Shown here: positions 49,092 through 60,217 of the stretch, piece by piece | Layout of the letters: the number at the start of each line of letters is the position of its first letter | Numbering within the stretch: position 1 is the stretch's first letter | Origin: Rhizaria sp. SCN 62-66 | Lineage: Eukaryota | DNA: 64,000 nt | Reading direction: 5' to 3' | NCBI GenBank assembly: GCA_001724265.1 | Contig: MEDY01000047.1 | Span: forward strand, 1-64,000 | Position numbers and translations under genes: made by a program | The notes under the pieces: generated by a model | Told to the model about the DNA's origin: nothing | What the model saw: only the letters and a program-made list of their open reading frames with translations | Databases searched by the model: none

Positions 49092-50663
49092 ATGTCTGCT
49101 TCTGCCGCGGCTATCGCAACGTCTTTGCTCGCCGCGGGCTCCCGCTCGCCGCACGAGCTGAGTCCGAACATCAAGGTGACCGTGATCGGCGATGCCTTCG
49201 TTGACATTGTTGCCACGCACGTCAACGAGTTGCCGACTTGGGGTCATAACTCGCTTAGTGAGCGTCTCGATATATTTACTGGTGGCAGCGCCGGTAACGT
49301 CGTCGCCCACCTGGCCGCGTTTTCACACAAGCAGCCGCTGCAAATTGACCTGAACAAGAAGACCAGTTCGAACACCAGCTCCAAGAAGCCTGCCACCACA
49401 GCTGCCGCGCCGTCCTCCGCGCTACCCGCGCCTTTGTTTCCCGCCCCCGCGTACATCTGCCACATCGGCAACGACTCACTGGGCAACTACACGCTGCGCC
49501 ACCAGCAAGCGCGCGGCGTCGACACGTCGTTCGTGCTCAAAGACCCCGTTGCGTCCACGGGCGGCTGTCTGGTGCTTAGCTCACACGCCGCCGGCGACCG
49601 CTCGTTCGTGTCTTCGCTGGGCGCCAACGCGACGTTTACCCCGGGGCACTTGGCGCGGCATGCGGGCGTGATGGCGAGGCTTGCGGCGTCGTCGCATGTT
49701 CACGTGTCAAACTTGCTCGGGCTGCCGCTGATCAGCTCCACCGATAAAGACAACGCCCAGATCAGCAGCAACAGCAGTAACGCTAATGCCTCTGGCAAGT
49801 CTGGTAGTGGCAAGGCGTCTCCCAAGAGCAAGTCGAAGGACAAGAACAACAGCACCAGCACCAGCACCGCCGCTGCGGTCAGTAGTGACTCCACGTCCCT
49901 TGCGGATGTTTTGACCGCAGTCCGCGCCCGCGCCCCCGGCGTGACGCTCTCCGTGGACCCGCAGAACGCCAACGGCGCGCCGTGGGTGTCCCCGGCCGTG
50001 GCGGCCGTGCTGGCGCTGTGCGACGTGCTGTTGCCCAATGAGGTTGAAGCCGCGCATATGGCCGCGTACGCGCTTGCAGCCGGGTTTGTCGCAGTGTCAC
50101 AGACCACGACCGCGACCGAAACCGGCAGTGGCGCCACGGTGCCCACGGTTACGCGTCTTGACTTTGACGCAATCGTCGCAGCTAATAGCAACAGCAACGC
50201 AAGCCACGCTGTCGTGAACACAAACAGCTACACGTATGCGCGTGTTGTTCCTGCGCCGGTCACTCTGTCGGCCGAAGCCACCGCGGCCGCTTCCGCCGCG
50301 GCCTCAGCATCTGCGTCGCTGCCCGACAGCGTCGTTGTCGGCGTCCTGACCGCGCTTTTGCCTGCGCACGCGCTGCTGGTGCTGAAAGAGGGTCCCCGCG
50401 GCGCGCGCGCCTTCGCCCGCGGCCGCTGTATCGCGTCATGCCCGGTCTTCCCGGCCACGGTCGTCGACACCACGGGCGGCGGCGACTCGTTCGACGCCGC
50501 GTTTCTCGCCGCCTGGCTCTCGGGCCACGGTGCCGCGGCCGCCGTGCGCGCTGGTTGCGCCACGGGCGCGATCCGCGTCGGCGTCGTCAGCGGCAGCAGT
50601 CACTGCCCCACGTGGGCGCAGGTCATGGACAAAACCGCGGAGAAACCCGTGGCGGCTTTGTGA
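49092..50663 (+). CDS. PfkB/ribokinase-family carbohydrate kinase, intronless
   Basis: VTVIGDAFVDI, GGSAGNV, IGNDSLG, PNEVEA, LKEGPRGA, signature VVDTTGGGDSFDAAFL. Ends TGA. Confidence 0.92.
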   Translation: MSASAAAIATSLLAAGSRSPHELSPNIKVTVIGDAFVDIVATHVNELPTWGHNSLSERLDIFTGGSAGNVVAHLAAFSHKQPLQIDLNKKTSSNTSSKKPATTAAAPSSALPAPLFPAPAYICHIGNDSLGNYTLRHQQARGVDTSFVLKDPVASTGGCLVLSSHAAGDRSFVSSLGANATFTPGHLARHAGVMARLAASSHVHVSNLLGLPLISSTDKDNAQISSNSSNANASGKSGSGKASPKSKSKDKNNSTSTSTAAAVSSDSTSLADVLTAVRARAPGVTLSVDPQNANGAPWVSPAVAAVLALCDVLLPNEVEAAHMAAYALAAGFVAVSQTTTATETGSGATVPTVTRLDFDAIVAANSNSNASHAVVNTNSYTYARVVPAPVTLSAEATAAASAAASASASLPDSVVVGVLTALLPAHALLVLKEGPRGARAFARGRCIASCPVFPATVVDTTGGGDSFDAAFLAAWLSGHGAAAAVRAGCATGAIRVGVVSGSSHCPTWAQVMDKTAEKPVAAL

Positions 50664-51483
50664 GGCGCTAAGGTTAACAAGAACGCGAATAAGAGTAGAA
50701 GGGAAAATGCTGAGGGACTAGAGAGAAAAGCCGTGATCAAACAAAAACAGATGCTGATGAGTTAAAATCTAACTATGGCTTGTGACTAAATGAAAGACTT
50801 AAGGAATTAACTTTTAATTTTAGCTTTTTGTTCATTTAAACTATTATAAAATTGTGTTTAAAAATATACACATATCGTTTGTTGCCCCAGAATAACTGTC
50901 TAGTTTTTGTGTGTCATCTTTTGTTCAGTTACTGTTATCATAGCGCAAGTCGTTGCAGGTAGCATGAGGTTTCATGTGGCGTAGATCACATACTTGGGCA
51001 GAAACATAAATTAAACAAAACAATAACACATATATCTCATTAGGCGCTGGGAAATGTTGTGTATGCATTGTTTTCAGTTGTTGGCGCTCCGTCGCGTTGC
51101 TGCTGGCGCCAGTCAGCCTAAAATCCACTTTAACTAGTCATAGGCATTCTGGGTAGGAAATAAAAATCAAGTTGATTTCTTTGTGAATTGGAATATGTTT
51201 ATTGCCTGTTCAGTTCCCATCTTACTAGTTGTCGTTGTTTCAAATTATCCGATCTTAAAACCAAACCCGTTTATTGTTAACCAATACATGACTGTTATTT
51301 TAATATCCATCAACAAATGACTAAAAAGTTTTGTTTTATTCACAAAAACATATATAACACAAGTTCTAAGATGGCACATTGATCCGTACTGCTGCTTCAA
51401 GCACTAGGCGTGCACAGCGCAATACGTACGTACGCGTCACAATTCTTCAACCTAAGCTGACGAACACACAATGTAGCATCAGC

Positions 51484-54084
51484 TTACTCCGGGCCCTTCT
51501 TGCCGACGTTAATCTTGGCAATAGTGGCATCGCGCTCCACAACAACCGCATCATACTGCTGCTGCAGCTCCGCAATCTCGGCCTCCAGCTTGGCGCAGAA
51601 TACCGCCACATCCTCCTCCTTCGCCTGCGCCATAGCGCGCTTGACAACCTCATCGCTCTTCTTGGCCAGCGCGAGCACGTTGACGAGCTTGCGGCGCGCG
51701 GCGTCCTCGAGCGCGACGCCCGCAGCGTCGTGCGTGGGCACGCCCGTGGCCGGGTCAGCGGGGCCGTACTTGCCGGCGTTGTCGCCCGAGCTGAAGAAGG
51801 CCTCCGACGGGCACTTGACGCGCTGCTGCACCTTGGGGAGCAGATCCGTCTTAAGGCCGGTCTTCTTGACGAGCGGACCGAGCTTCTTCTCCGCGATCTG
51901 CTTCACCAGCTCCACGGCGTTGTCGAGCTTCCACACGCCGCCGCCGGTGACCTTATCCTCGAGACGGATGCCAAGCAGAGGCAGTGAGTCGTCACGGAAC
52001 GCGTCGCACGCGGTCATGATCTCGCGCTTCATGTTCTCCGGCGCCGCAGACAGCGCAACCTTGCGGATGTTGTCGCGGAAGCCGCAGAGCCGGTCGATGA
52101 CGTCGTTGGTGAACGCTGCGCCCGCGGCCGAGTCGGCGCCAGTGCCTGCGGCGGCGAGGATGGACTGGAGGAACCCGGCCTCATCGTCGCGGACAACGCC
52201 GAACACCTTAAGCATCTTGTCGACGTAGGCCGCGATGGACTTGAGCATAAGAGTCTTGGCCGCGGGGGCCGGGTTTGCCGCGAGGTACTTGTTCACGGTC
52301 GAGATGAGCGAGAAGATCTCCGACATTGCAACGGTGTAGTTGATGTTGTCGAGCAGAGCGGCGTGCACACGCGCCTGCGCCTCGTCAAAGGCGACGCGGA
52401 GAGCGCGATCAGCGTCCGTCCACGTCTGGTGAATCGTGTGCAGCGGACCAGCAGCCTTGACTTCGTTGTTGATGTTGAGGAAAAACTCCTTAAGCGTACG
52501 CTCACGGGTGCAGGCGTCGGCGAGCGACTCGTCGCCGTAGTTCATGCGCATATCCCACTTCTGCATAAGGAAAAGCAGACGGAGCTGGCGCGGGGAGTAG
52601 TCGCGCAAGGCTTCGCGGATCGTGATGAAGTTCTTGAGAGACTTGGACATCTTCAGACCCTGCGTGAGAGTAAATAAAACAAAGAAGAAATATCGATAAA
52701 AATGAGACATAATGACAAAAGCAAGACAGGTTCGCGGCACAAGAACAAATTATTCGCAGAGAGGAGAGGAAAACATGAATATACATGCGGTATTAGAGTT
52801 TCTTTAAGCGATAGAGAGTATATAGCGTACTTGGATGTGGAGGTGGCCAGCGTGCATGAAGTAGTTGACCCACTGCTTGCACGACGAAAACGCCTCGGAC
52901 TGCGCCAGCTCATTATCATGGTGCGGGAACTTGAGATCCTCACCACCGGTGTGGATGTCAAACTGCGTGCCGAGCACGTCCGTCGCCATGACGGAGCACT
53001 CGATGTGCCAGCCGGGGCGGCCGGGGCCCCAGGGAGACGGCCACTGCGGCTCACCGGGCTGCGACGCCTTCCAGAGCGCGAAATCGTTGGGGTGCTTCTT
53101 GACGGAGTCACCGCGGGCAAGAGCACCCTCGCCCTCAGCGGCCAGCTCGGCGTTGCCGACTCCGGCGGGGTTAAGCTTGGCGTAGTGGTGGCAGAAGTTA
53201 CCGCCTTCGTCCTTCTTGGTGCTGAACGCGACCGTGTCGAAGTAGACGGAGCCGTCGCCGTCGCTGTATGCAAGCCCCTTTGCGACGATGGTCTCGACGA
53301 ACGCGACGATCTGTGGCACGTACTCGGTGACGCGGGTGAGAGCGTCGACGTCGCGGATGCCCAGCGCGGTCATGTCCTCGAAATACTCCTTCTCGTATTT
53401 CTCCGTCAGCTGCTTGAAGATGCTGTGGTCGATGGCGTCGGCCCCGCTGGCGGCGGCCTCGGCGTCGAGCTTCGCAGCGAGCGCGCTACGTGCGGCGGCG
53501 ACGACGCGAGCGATGCCAGCGGCCGCGTCGGGGAGAGCGTGCGCGGCGGCGGCCACGGCGGGGAAAGCCGCGGCGTCGTCGGAGGCCATCTTGGCCTTGA
53601 GCTGAACCTGCTTGAGGAGGTCCTCGAGGTCGCTGACATAACGCTCCTCAGCAGTGGCGAGCTGCGCAGCGACGGATGTGACCTTGGCGGCCGTCTCCTC
53701 GACTGCGAGGGCCAGCGCGCGCTCGGCGTCGGCGATAACCGTGGGCAGGGACGTGGCGTTGCGCTCGTACTCGGCGGCGTAGTGGTTGCGGCGGGCGCGG
53801 ACGATGATCTTGTCCTCGATATCGGTGATGTTCATCACGTAGAAGACGTCGAAGTTGAAGTAGTCCTGGAAGATACGGCGGATGATGTCGAAAGTCATCG
53901 CGGCGCGCGCGTGGCCCAGGTGAGCAGCGTCGTAGACCGTGGGACCGCAGCTGTACCACTTGACGAGGTTGCCAGACATGGGAACGAACGGAACGGAGGA
54001 CTTGGTCATTGAGTTGTTGACCATGAGGGGGCCGGGCGCGTTGGCCTGCGTCGGCGGGAACCACGGAGCAGTGCGCTTAGACAT
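51484..54084 (-). CDS. CARS1: Cysteinyl-tRNA synthetase, ~809 aa
   Basis: Exons 54084-52831 and 52659-51484. WYSCGPTVYDAAHLGHAR, MNITDIEDKII, DFALWK, GRPGWHIECSVM, DLKFPHHDNELAQ, GHLHIQ|GLKMSKSLKNF. Ends TAA. Confidence 0.97.
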
Positions 54085-54709
54085 GCGGACAGCTAATGCA
54101 CTACATACCAGTATGTCATTAGTAAGTCGTGATGCGTTGAAGAAGACAACAGTATGGTGATTGGGGTAATTGAAAGACGAAGGCGATGAGGAAGCATAAA
54201 CTGGTTGGTGGCTGGTGGGCTGTGGAGAGAGATAGGGGCCTTGCTCGGAGGTTTCACGCAGCGTTATAAACAGGAAATGCAGAATACATATTGGCGTATT
54301 CGAACCGTAAGCTGTATGCTTATAAAAACGTTTCTATGAAGAATATGATAGCGTGCAAAAAGCACCGCATGAAAATGATTTTGCTAAGACTTTTTGCGAA
54401 CCTCCTACGCCGTCCAACGCCCGTTACTACCCAACATTTCAGCCCCCTCAATATCCATGTCCTAGTCGTCACGCGTAACAACGTCATAACTACGACAATT
54501 TAACCGATGTGATCTATGTATCTCTTCTTTTATTCCGCTCTTGTCAACGTTCTCACGCTCACAACACTCCTTCCCGTTTCCGTTTCGCTTGCCTCCAACG
54601 TCTATCTCTTCACTCGCCCTCAAGCAGAAGCCCTACCGACTCCCAGCAAAGCCAGGACTTCGAATTACTGCTCCTCGACTGTAGTCTTAACTCTCCACCG
54701 GATACAGAA

Positions 54710-56461
54710 ATGCAGGTGCTGCCCCGTTTTATCCTGGCCGCCGGCGACGGCAACGTGGCCCTCCTGCGCGACACCGTCCAGAAGCACGGTCTCGGCCACG
54801 TCGACGCCGCGTCCCCGGCGGGCGAGACCGCGCTCATGGCCGCCTGCCGCGCCGGCCACGGCTCTGCGGTGCGTTTTCTCGTCGAGGTCTGCAGCGCGCG
54901 CGTCGACACGCGCTTCCCCGGCCGCGGCGACGGCTGGACGGCGCTGATGTACGCTGGTTACTTCGGTCGCGTTGGCATTGTGCGTTACCTCGTCGAGCAG
55001 GGCGCTGACTTCACTCTCCGCAACTCGGACAACCTGACCGTGCTCGAAGTTGCCCCCTGTGCCAACGCGACGCTGTCCGACGTCCAGGAGGCCGTTGCGC
55101 TTGGTATCCAGCTGCGCGCTGATGTCACCGAAGAGGCCGTCACTGTCTCATACAGCCAAATCGCGGCTGATTCCTCCACTCTCGCCGCGTCCAGCAGCGG
55201 CACGCAGCAGCAGCAACAGCAGCAGCAGCGGTTTGGTCCCGACTCCCGCTCGGCCGCCGCCACCGCCGCCGCGCTGTCGTCATCGTCCTCGTCTGCCAAC
55301 GCTGGCGGGTCCGTCGGCGGTATCGGCGAGGACGCACTCGCTTCGTGGCGCCAGCGCAATGCCGCCGCTGCCAACGCCGCGACCGGCGCAACCGACATTG
55401 CGACCGCGCGCCCCCGCCTCGTCGCGCTCTACCTCTCCGCTTGCTCCGACTTCGGCGTCGCCGCTGAGCAAGGCATCGTCGCGGCTATCAACGACAACTC
55501 TGGCGACATCCCTGAGTCCGGACTCGGCGCGCTCGCGCTCGGCCGCTGGCAAAAGGCGCTGGCCAAGTGGGGCGACACCGCGTTGACGCCGTTACTGGAA
55601 GTTCTGGCCCACGCGTTCCCCTCGTACCCGTTGCATTCACTTGATCTATCTTACACTGGACTTGGCGACGCCGCGGCGCGTCCGCTCGGACTCTTCATCG
55701 CCGCGTCGCGCACGCTCGTCGCGGTCAACCTCGAGGGCAACCTGCTCGGCCCCCGCGCGGGCGCGCTGCTGGCCGCCGCCATGGCGACGCAGCCGTCGGT
55801 GCAACACTTGAATCTTTCCTGGAACCCGCTCGAAGACGCGGGCGTCTGCGCGCTCGCTGACTCGCTGGCCAACTCCAATGGCACACTCTTGGCGCTCGAG
55901 CTCGGCAACACGCACATGGGCGTTCTTGCGGTCATCAAGCTCTCTAACTTACTCCGCGCGCGCCAGCCGCCGCTCTCGCGGCTTAACTTAGACTCGCCGC
56001 AGTTGCTCTCACCGGAGGGCGAGGAGGCTGTCGCCGCCGTCGCGCGCGCTCTGCCCGGCGCGGCCGTCGCGTCTCTGTCGCTCGCCAAGGCTGCGTGCAC
56101 AGACTCCGGCGCCCGCATGCTCGCGGACGGCCTCGCGTTGAACGCGTCTCTGTCGGAGCTCAACCTCCGGTGCAATCGTATCACGGCCACGGGCGCTGCT
56201 GCACTCGCGCGCGCGCTTAAGGGCCGCAACGCGGCGTGCTTTGTCAACTTGGACGCGAATCTGCTGCGTGATCAGGCGCTCGACGAGGTTTATGAGGTTC
56301 TTGACGCGCCCTCTCAGGCTGGGTCGGGCAAGGTTGGCAGTGTGAATAGCGGCTGTGAAGTGCAGTTTATCACTGATGAGCCCCTGGATGAGGACGAAGT
56401 GGACAGGTTCCAGACACAGAGGCACTGTCTTGTGTCTCGTCCTTTTGCTTCGCCCGAATGA
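54710..56461 (+). CDS. Ankyrin-repeat + ribonuclease-inhibitor-type LRR protein (LRR part resembles LRRC34)
   Basis: GETALMAACRAGH and GWTALMYAGYFGR ankyrin repeats, a poly-Q linker, then LRRs LDLSYTGLGD, VNLEGNLLG, LNLSWNPLEDAG, LELGNTHMG, LNLDSPQLLS, LNLRCNRITATG. Ends TGA. Confidence 0.85.
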   Translation: MQVLPRFILAAGDGNVALLRDTVQKHGLGHVDAASPAGETALMAACRAGHGSAVRFLVEVCSARVDTRFPGRGDGWTALMYAGYFGRVGIVRYLVEQGADFTLRNSDNLTVLEVAPCANATLSDVQEAVALGIQLRADVTEEAVTVSYSQIAADSSTLAASSSGTQQQQQQQQRFGPDSRSAAATAAALSSSSSSANAGGSVGGIGEDALASWRQRNAAAANAATGATDIATARPRLVALYLSACSDFGVAAEQGIVAAINDNSGDIPESGLGALALGRWQKALAKWGDTALTPLLEVLAHAFPSYPLHSLDLSYTGLGDAAARPLGLFIAASRTLVAVNLEGNLLGPRAGALLAAAMATQPSVQHLNLSWNPLEDAGVCALADSLANSNGTLLALELGNTHMGVLAVIKLSNLLRARQPPLSRLNLDSPQLLSPEGEEAVAAVARALPGAAVASLSLAKAACTDSGARMLADGLALNASLSELNLRCNRITATGAAALARALKGRNAACFVNLDANLLRDQALDEVYEVLDAPSQAGSGKVGSVNSGCEVQFITDEPLDEDEVDRFQTQRHCLVSRPFASPE

Positions 56462-57012
56462 GCACGCTAGCAGTGATCTGTTCACGGTAAACGCAAACGA
56501 GCGGTTGATCGCTTTCGGTGCCATGGTCGGAGTGCGTTGTGAGGAAGCAAACTAGGGCCGGAGTTCACTTAGTATTAGAGTACGTACATATGGTTCGAAT
56601 ACATTTTTCTTTTGTTTATTCGAAATCGTCGATGTTGTCACAGTGATCACAAGTCATTAGAATTCGCCTGCATGGTTGATAAGGGTTTGTGATGAGTGTT
56701 TGTGATTGAGTTGTTTTTGTGTATTATTCTTAGTATATATTTGGATCATTAAACACATGTTTGTTTTGCTTGGTATGCATATTTTGATATTTGTTTTGAT
56801 ATCATAAAGAGAAAAAGGAAAGAGGCACATTGCTCGCTCGCTTACATGCTTGTTTGTAAGTGATTCTCATCAATCACAAACTCGACTACATACTGGAGCT
56901 GATAACCGCGCTTACTACAAGCGCTCAGATACCATCACATGTACGTTAGTAGTGCGCATAGTAATGTGGTCATTTGGCAATAGTACATGATAAACATGTA
57001 CGTTTATACACT

Positions 57013-59486
57013 TTACTTCTTCTTTCCGTCCTTGTCCTTACCATCCTTGTCCTTGCTCTTCGCATCACGCTCCTTCTGAGCCTTAGCAATCGCCTCCTTC
57101 GCCTCCTTGTTCTTCTTGGCCTTGGTAGCCTCGTCCTCGTCGTCGTCGCGGCCGGCAGACGCGGGGTAGCGAAGCGCCTTGGTCGCCTGCGTTAAAGTAA
57201 AAGCAAATGCGACAAAAAAACATACGACGACATATAACTCGGTGAGATATGCACATCTCAAGATAAAAATACACACACCAATCAAACACAACTCAATATA
57301 CGAATAAGTACAATTGGAGATCGATATGCACATGTTAAAGTTGACTTGTCGGAAATTAGTAAACGTACCTCCTCGTGCACACCGAGGCAGTATTCAATAC
57401 GCGCCAGGAAGGCGTCCTTGGGCTGCTCAGTCGCGTAGAGATTGGTGCTCTCCTTGGCAGTGAGGCAGCCGGCGTCAGCGTCGAGCGTGGCGAGCACAAC
57501 GCCGTCGTGGATCGCCTTCGCGGTGAGCAGCTCAGCGTCAGCGGCGGACGGGAGAGAGAGACGGGCAGCCACGTCAGCCAGAGTCATGCGCGAGTACGAC
57601 GTGGTGAGCTTGCGGAGACCGGTCTTGATGACGTTCTGGCGCAGGCGAAGAACGAGGGACAGCGCACCGTCGGCTTCAAGACGCTCCTTGAGCGCGGCGT
57701 CGTCGAGAAGGGCGTTGAACGCACTCACGTTACCAACGCGCACAGCCTATTTGAGTTACATTAAGCAGAATAGAAGAAGACACAGATGAGTGACGATTTC
57801 AATGAAAGTAATTGATATCGATAGACAATACAGACATCTATGGCGATGCAAATTTTTTCTTTGAACAGTGAAGATATATGCTTAGAAGTGTGTGTTTTCG
57901 TCTTTTACGAACCTGGGCGATGCGAGCGTAGGGGGCGAGGGCCGTCCGAAGCTCCTTCTGGTTGAACAGAACGCGGTCAGGCATGTTGCCGAGGAGCAGC
58001 TCAACCAGGATAAGGTGCTTCTGCACGGCCTGGACAAAGCCCCAGGCGCCGGAGGACGGGGCCTTGCGAAGAGCCTAAACAGAAACAAAACAACAGAAAT
58101 GACAAGAAATGACAAGATGACAAATGTGAAGCACAAGACGTGAGCGTATGTCGATGAAACGCGAGCATTTCGGATGGCACATAAGAATACACATTTCAAA
58201 CAACATTCGAATAGTTATGCTGTTCTACCGAGGCAACATACCTGCGTGAAGTTGGCGTGAGCACTGGTGTACTTGAGCTGCACAGCATCAATACGGCCAC
58301 AGTAGTAGGCGTAACGTGCGACAGTGTTGGTGTCACACTTGCTCTCATCGGGGAAGGGCGCGTTGGCACGGAACTTCTCGGCCTGCTGGTACAGCTTCTC
58401 GAGAAGGAAGCTGCGCAGGATAGCCACAGTGAGCACAGCCTACATTCGCGAAGCAGCAACAAAAGATGAACAGAAGTTGTTAAAGTTAAAACGAGTCCAA
58501 GATGTGGGCAAAACAAAGCTAAACTTGGCCATAACACACATATATATATACACTTTTTGTCGGATGCAGTAGATATAAAGATATACTTGCGAACAACATA
58601 CCTGAGCGGGCGCGTTGTGAGTGCGCGTGGCGTGCGAGCAGGCGGCCATGAGCGCCGGGCGCAGCGCGGGCAGCTTGCCAGCCTTGTCATGCGCCAGCGT
58701 CTGGAGCGAGTACACCGCAGCAGACAGCCAGTCCATAGCGTGGCGGGACACGACAGCGACACGGGCAGCGAGCGCGTCCGCCTGAGCCTCGGCCTCGGCG
58801 GCGAGACCGTGGTCGAAGCAGTAGTACGCCAGCAGGTGCGAGACGAACACGGTCACTTCGGGGGCCCACTCGGAGGGCTTCTTGGTCAGGACGGGGCCCA
58901 GTGCGGCCTCCGCGGTGGCGGCGGCGGCGTCGGGGCTGGGAGAAGCAGGGTCCTTGTCCGTCATCGCAGTTGCGCTCGCAGAAGCACTAGAGGAAGCACT
59001 GCTGGAGGACGAGCTGGTATTGTCTTTGTTGGCGGCCTCGAGAGCAGCAGCAAGCTCAGCACGCTTGCGCTCGTCCTCGGCCTCCTTGGCGGCCTTCTCG
59101 GCGGCCTCGCGCGCCTCCTCGGCCTCCGCGGGCCCGGGCACAGCGCGTGGGGCGAGTGCGTCGAGCGTGGCGACGAGATCGGGTGCAGCGGCCTCGAGGA
59201 TAGGACGCAAGAGGGCGGCGGTGAGGACGCGGCGAATGCTCTTGGTCTTGGTGACAGCGCGCGCGACGAGACGGAAGTCCTCTTCGTCAACGGCGCGCTG
59301 GATGAGCTCGATCGCCTGCTTCATGTCGCGGGTAGCGGCCTGGCGAGGGGTGAGCTTGGGGGCAGCAGGGGTGGCATCAGAGGCGGTGTCGGTGGTGGTG
59401 TCCTTGGAGTCCTTGCCTTCCTTGGTGTTGTCAGCGGTCTTCTTGGCATCCTTGGACTGGGCCGCGTCGCCGGACTCTTTCGCCAT
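57013..59486 (-). CDS. PSMD3: 26S proteasome lid subunit Rpn3/PSMD3, ~598 aa
   Basis: Exons 59486-58602, 58439-58242, 58074-57913, 57746-57369, 57186-57013. ARYAYYCGRIDAVQLKY, QALRKAP, VELLLGNMPDR, LRLRQNVIKTGLR, AKAIHDGV, YATEQPKDAFLARIEYCL, KALRYP. Ends TAA. Confidence 0.95.
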
Positions 59487-60217
59487 CCTTGGAACGGGAA
59501 GAGCTGGAGACAGTTGTTGTTGTGGTGCAACAGCAACAGTCGATGACCACCAACAGAAGATGTTTGTTGGGTTTGAAGTCGAGCACCAAGATTGAGAGGA
59601 GGGATTGAGAAGGATCAAAGAAGATGAGACGCAAATAGCCAGGCGGTAGAAGTATTATAGAGAGCATACATGCGAGACAATCAAGACTAGAGCCATCAGA
59701 AGATTGGCTGACCGCGTGTGCGAGAGATTAAGGAGTGAGAGCTGTTGGTCAGTGGTAGGCCCAACGGCAAGACTCAGCAGTGCGCCCTGAAGGCATCTGA
59801 TCATGGATAGCAATGCGAGTAAATTAAATAGCTAGAAAACAACACTGGCGTTAGCATATTCTAACTGCACCCTTGTTCAATGATGGTAGCACAAGATCTC
59901 ATCTGTCTGAGCAAGCGAGTCAAGCCCTCGATTGATTTGTGGCTGGATTTCGAAGCCTGACTTTTTTCGGTCCCCACCGAGGCCGCGGTCGCGACGTGAT
60001 GGCTTCCCACCCACCTGCTTGCTCGCTGTTGAACACAGTCTATTTGCTCTCGGCTCCAACCGTCAGAAAGCTTGTTTGCGCATTTCTCGCAACAAAACCA
60101 CAAACGCTACTTGGGAGCCTAATAAGCTATCCCCGCACGTCCATATCCCCCGCGCACTAAGTCCCTGAAAACCCACGCCTTGTCAGTGCCCTCTGCGCCT
60201 TCCCTCCCCGCCGCTTC

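Noticed and set aside
56550-56610. GGTTCGAAT T-loop-like motif (possible suppressor tRNA), and a D-loop-like AGTGGTAG hairpin near 59741-59768
   Set aside because: No cloverleaf can be built around either; acceptor and anticodon stems are missing.
37130-57015. Ciliate-type code (TAA and TAG both Gln, TGA the only stop)
   Set aside because: TAA coincides with the drop to AT-rich sequence in TOP2, SMYD, CysRS and Rpn3, and with the conserved C-terminus of the SDR; the next in-frame TGA is tens of codons away in non-coding-like sequence where I checked.
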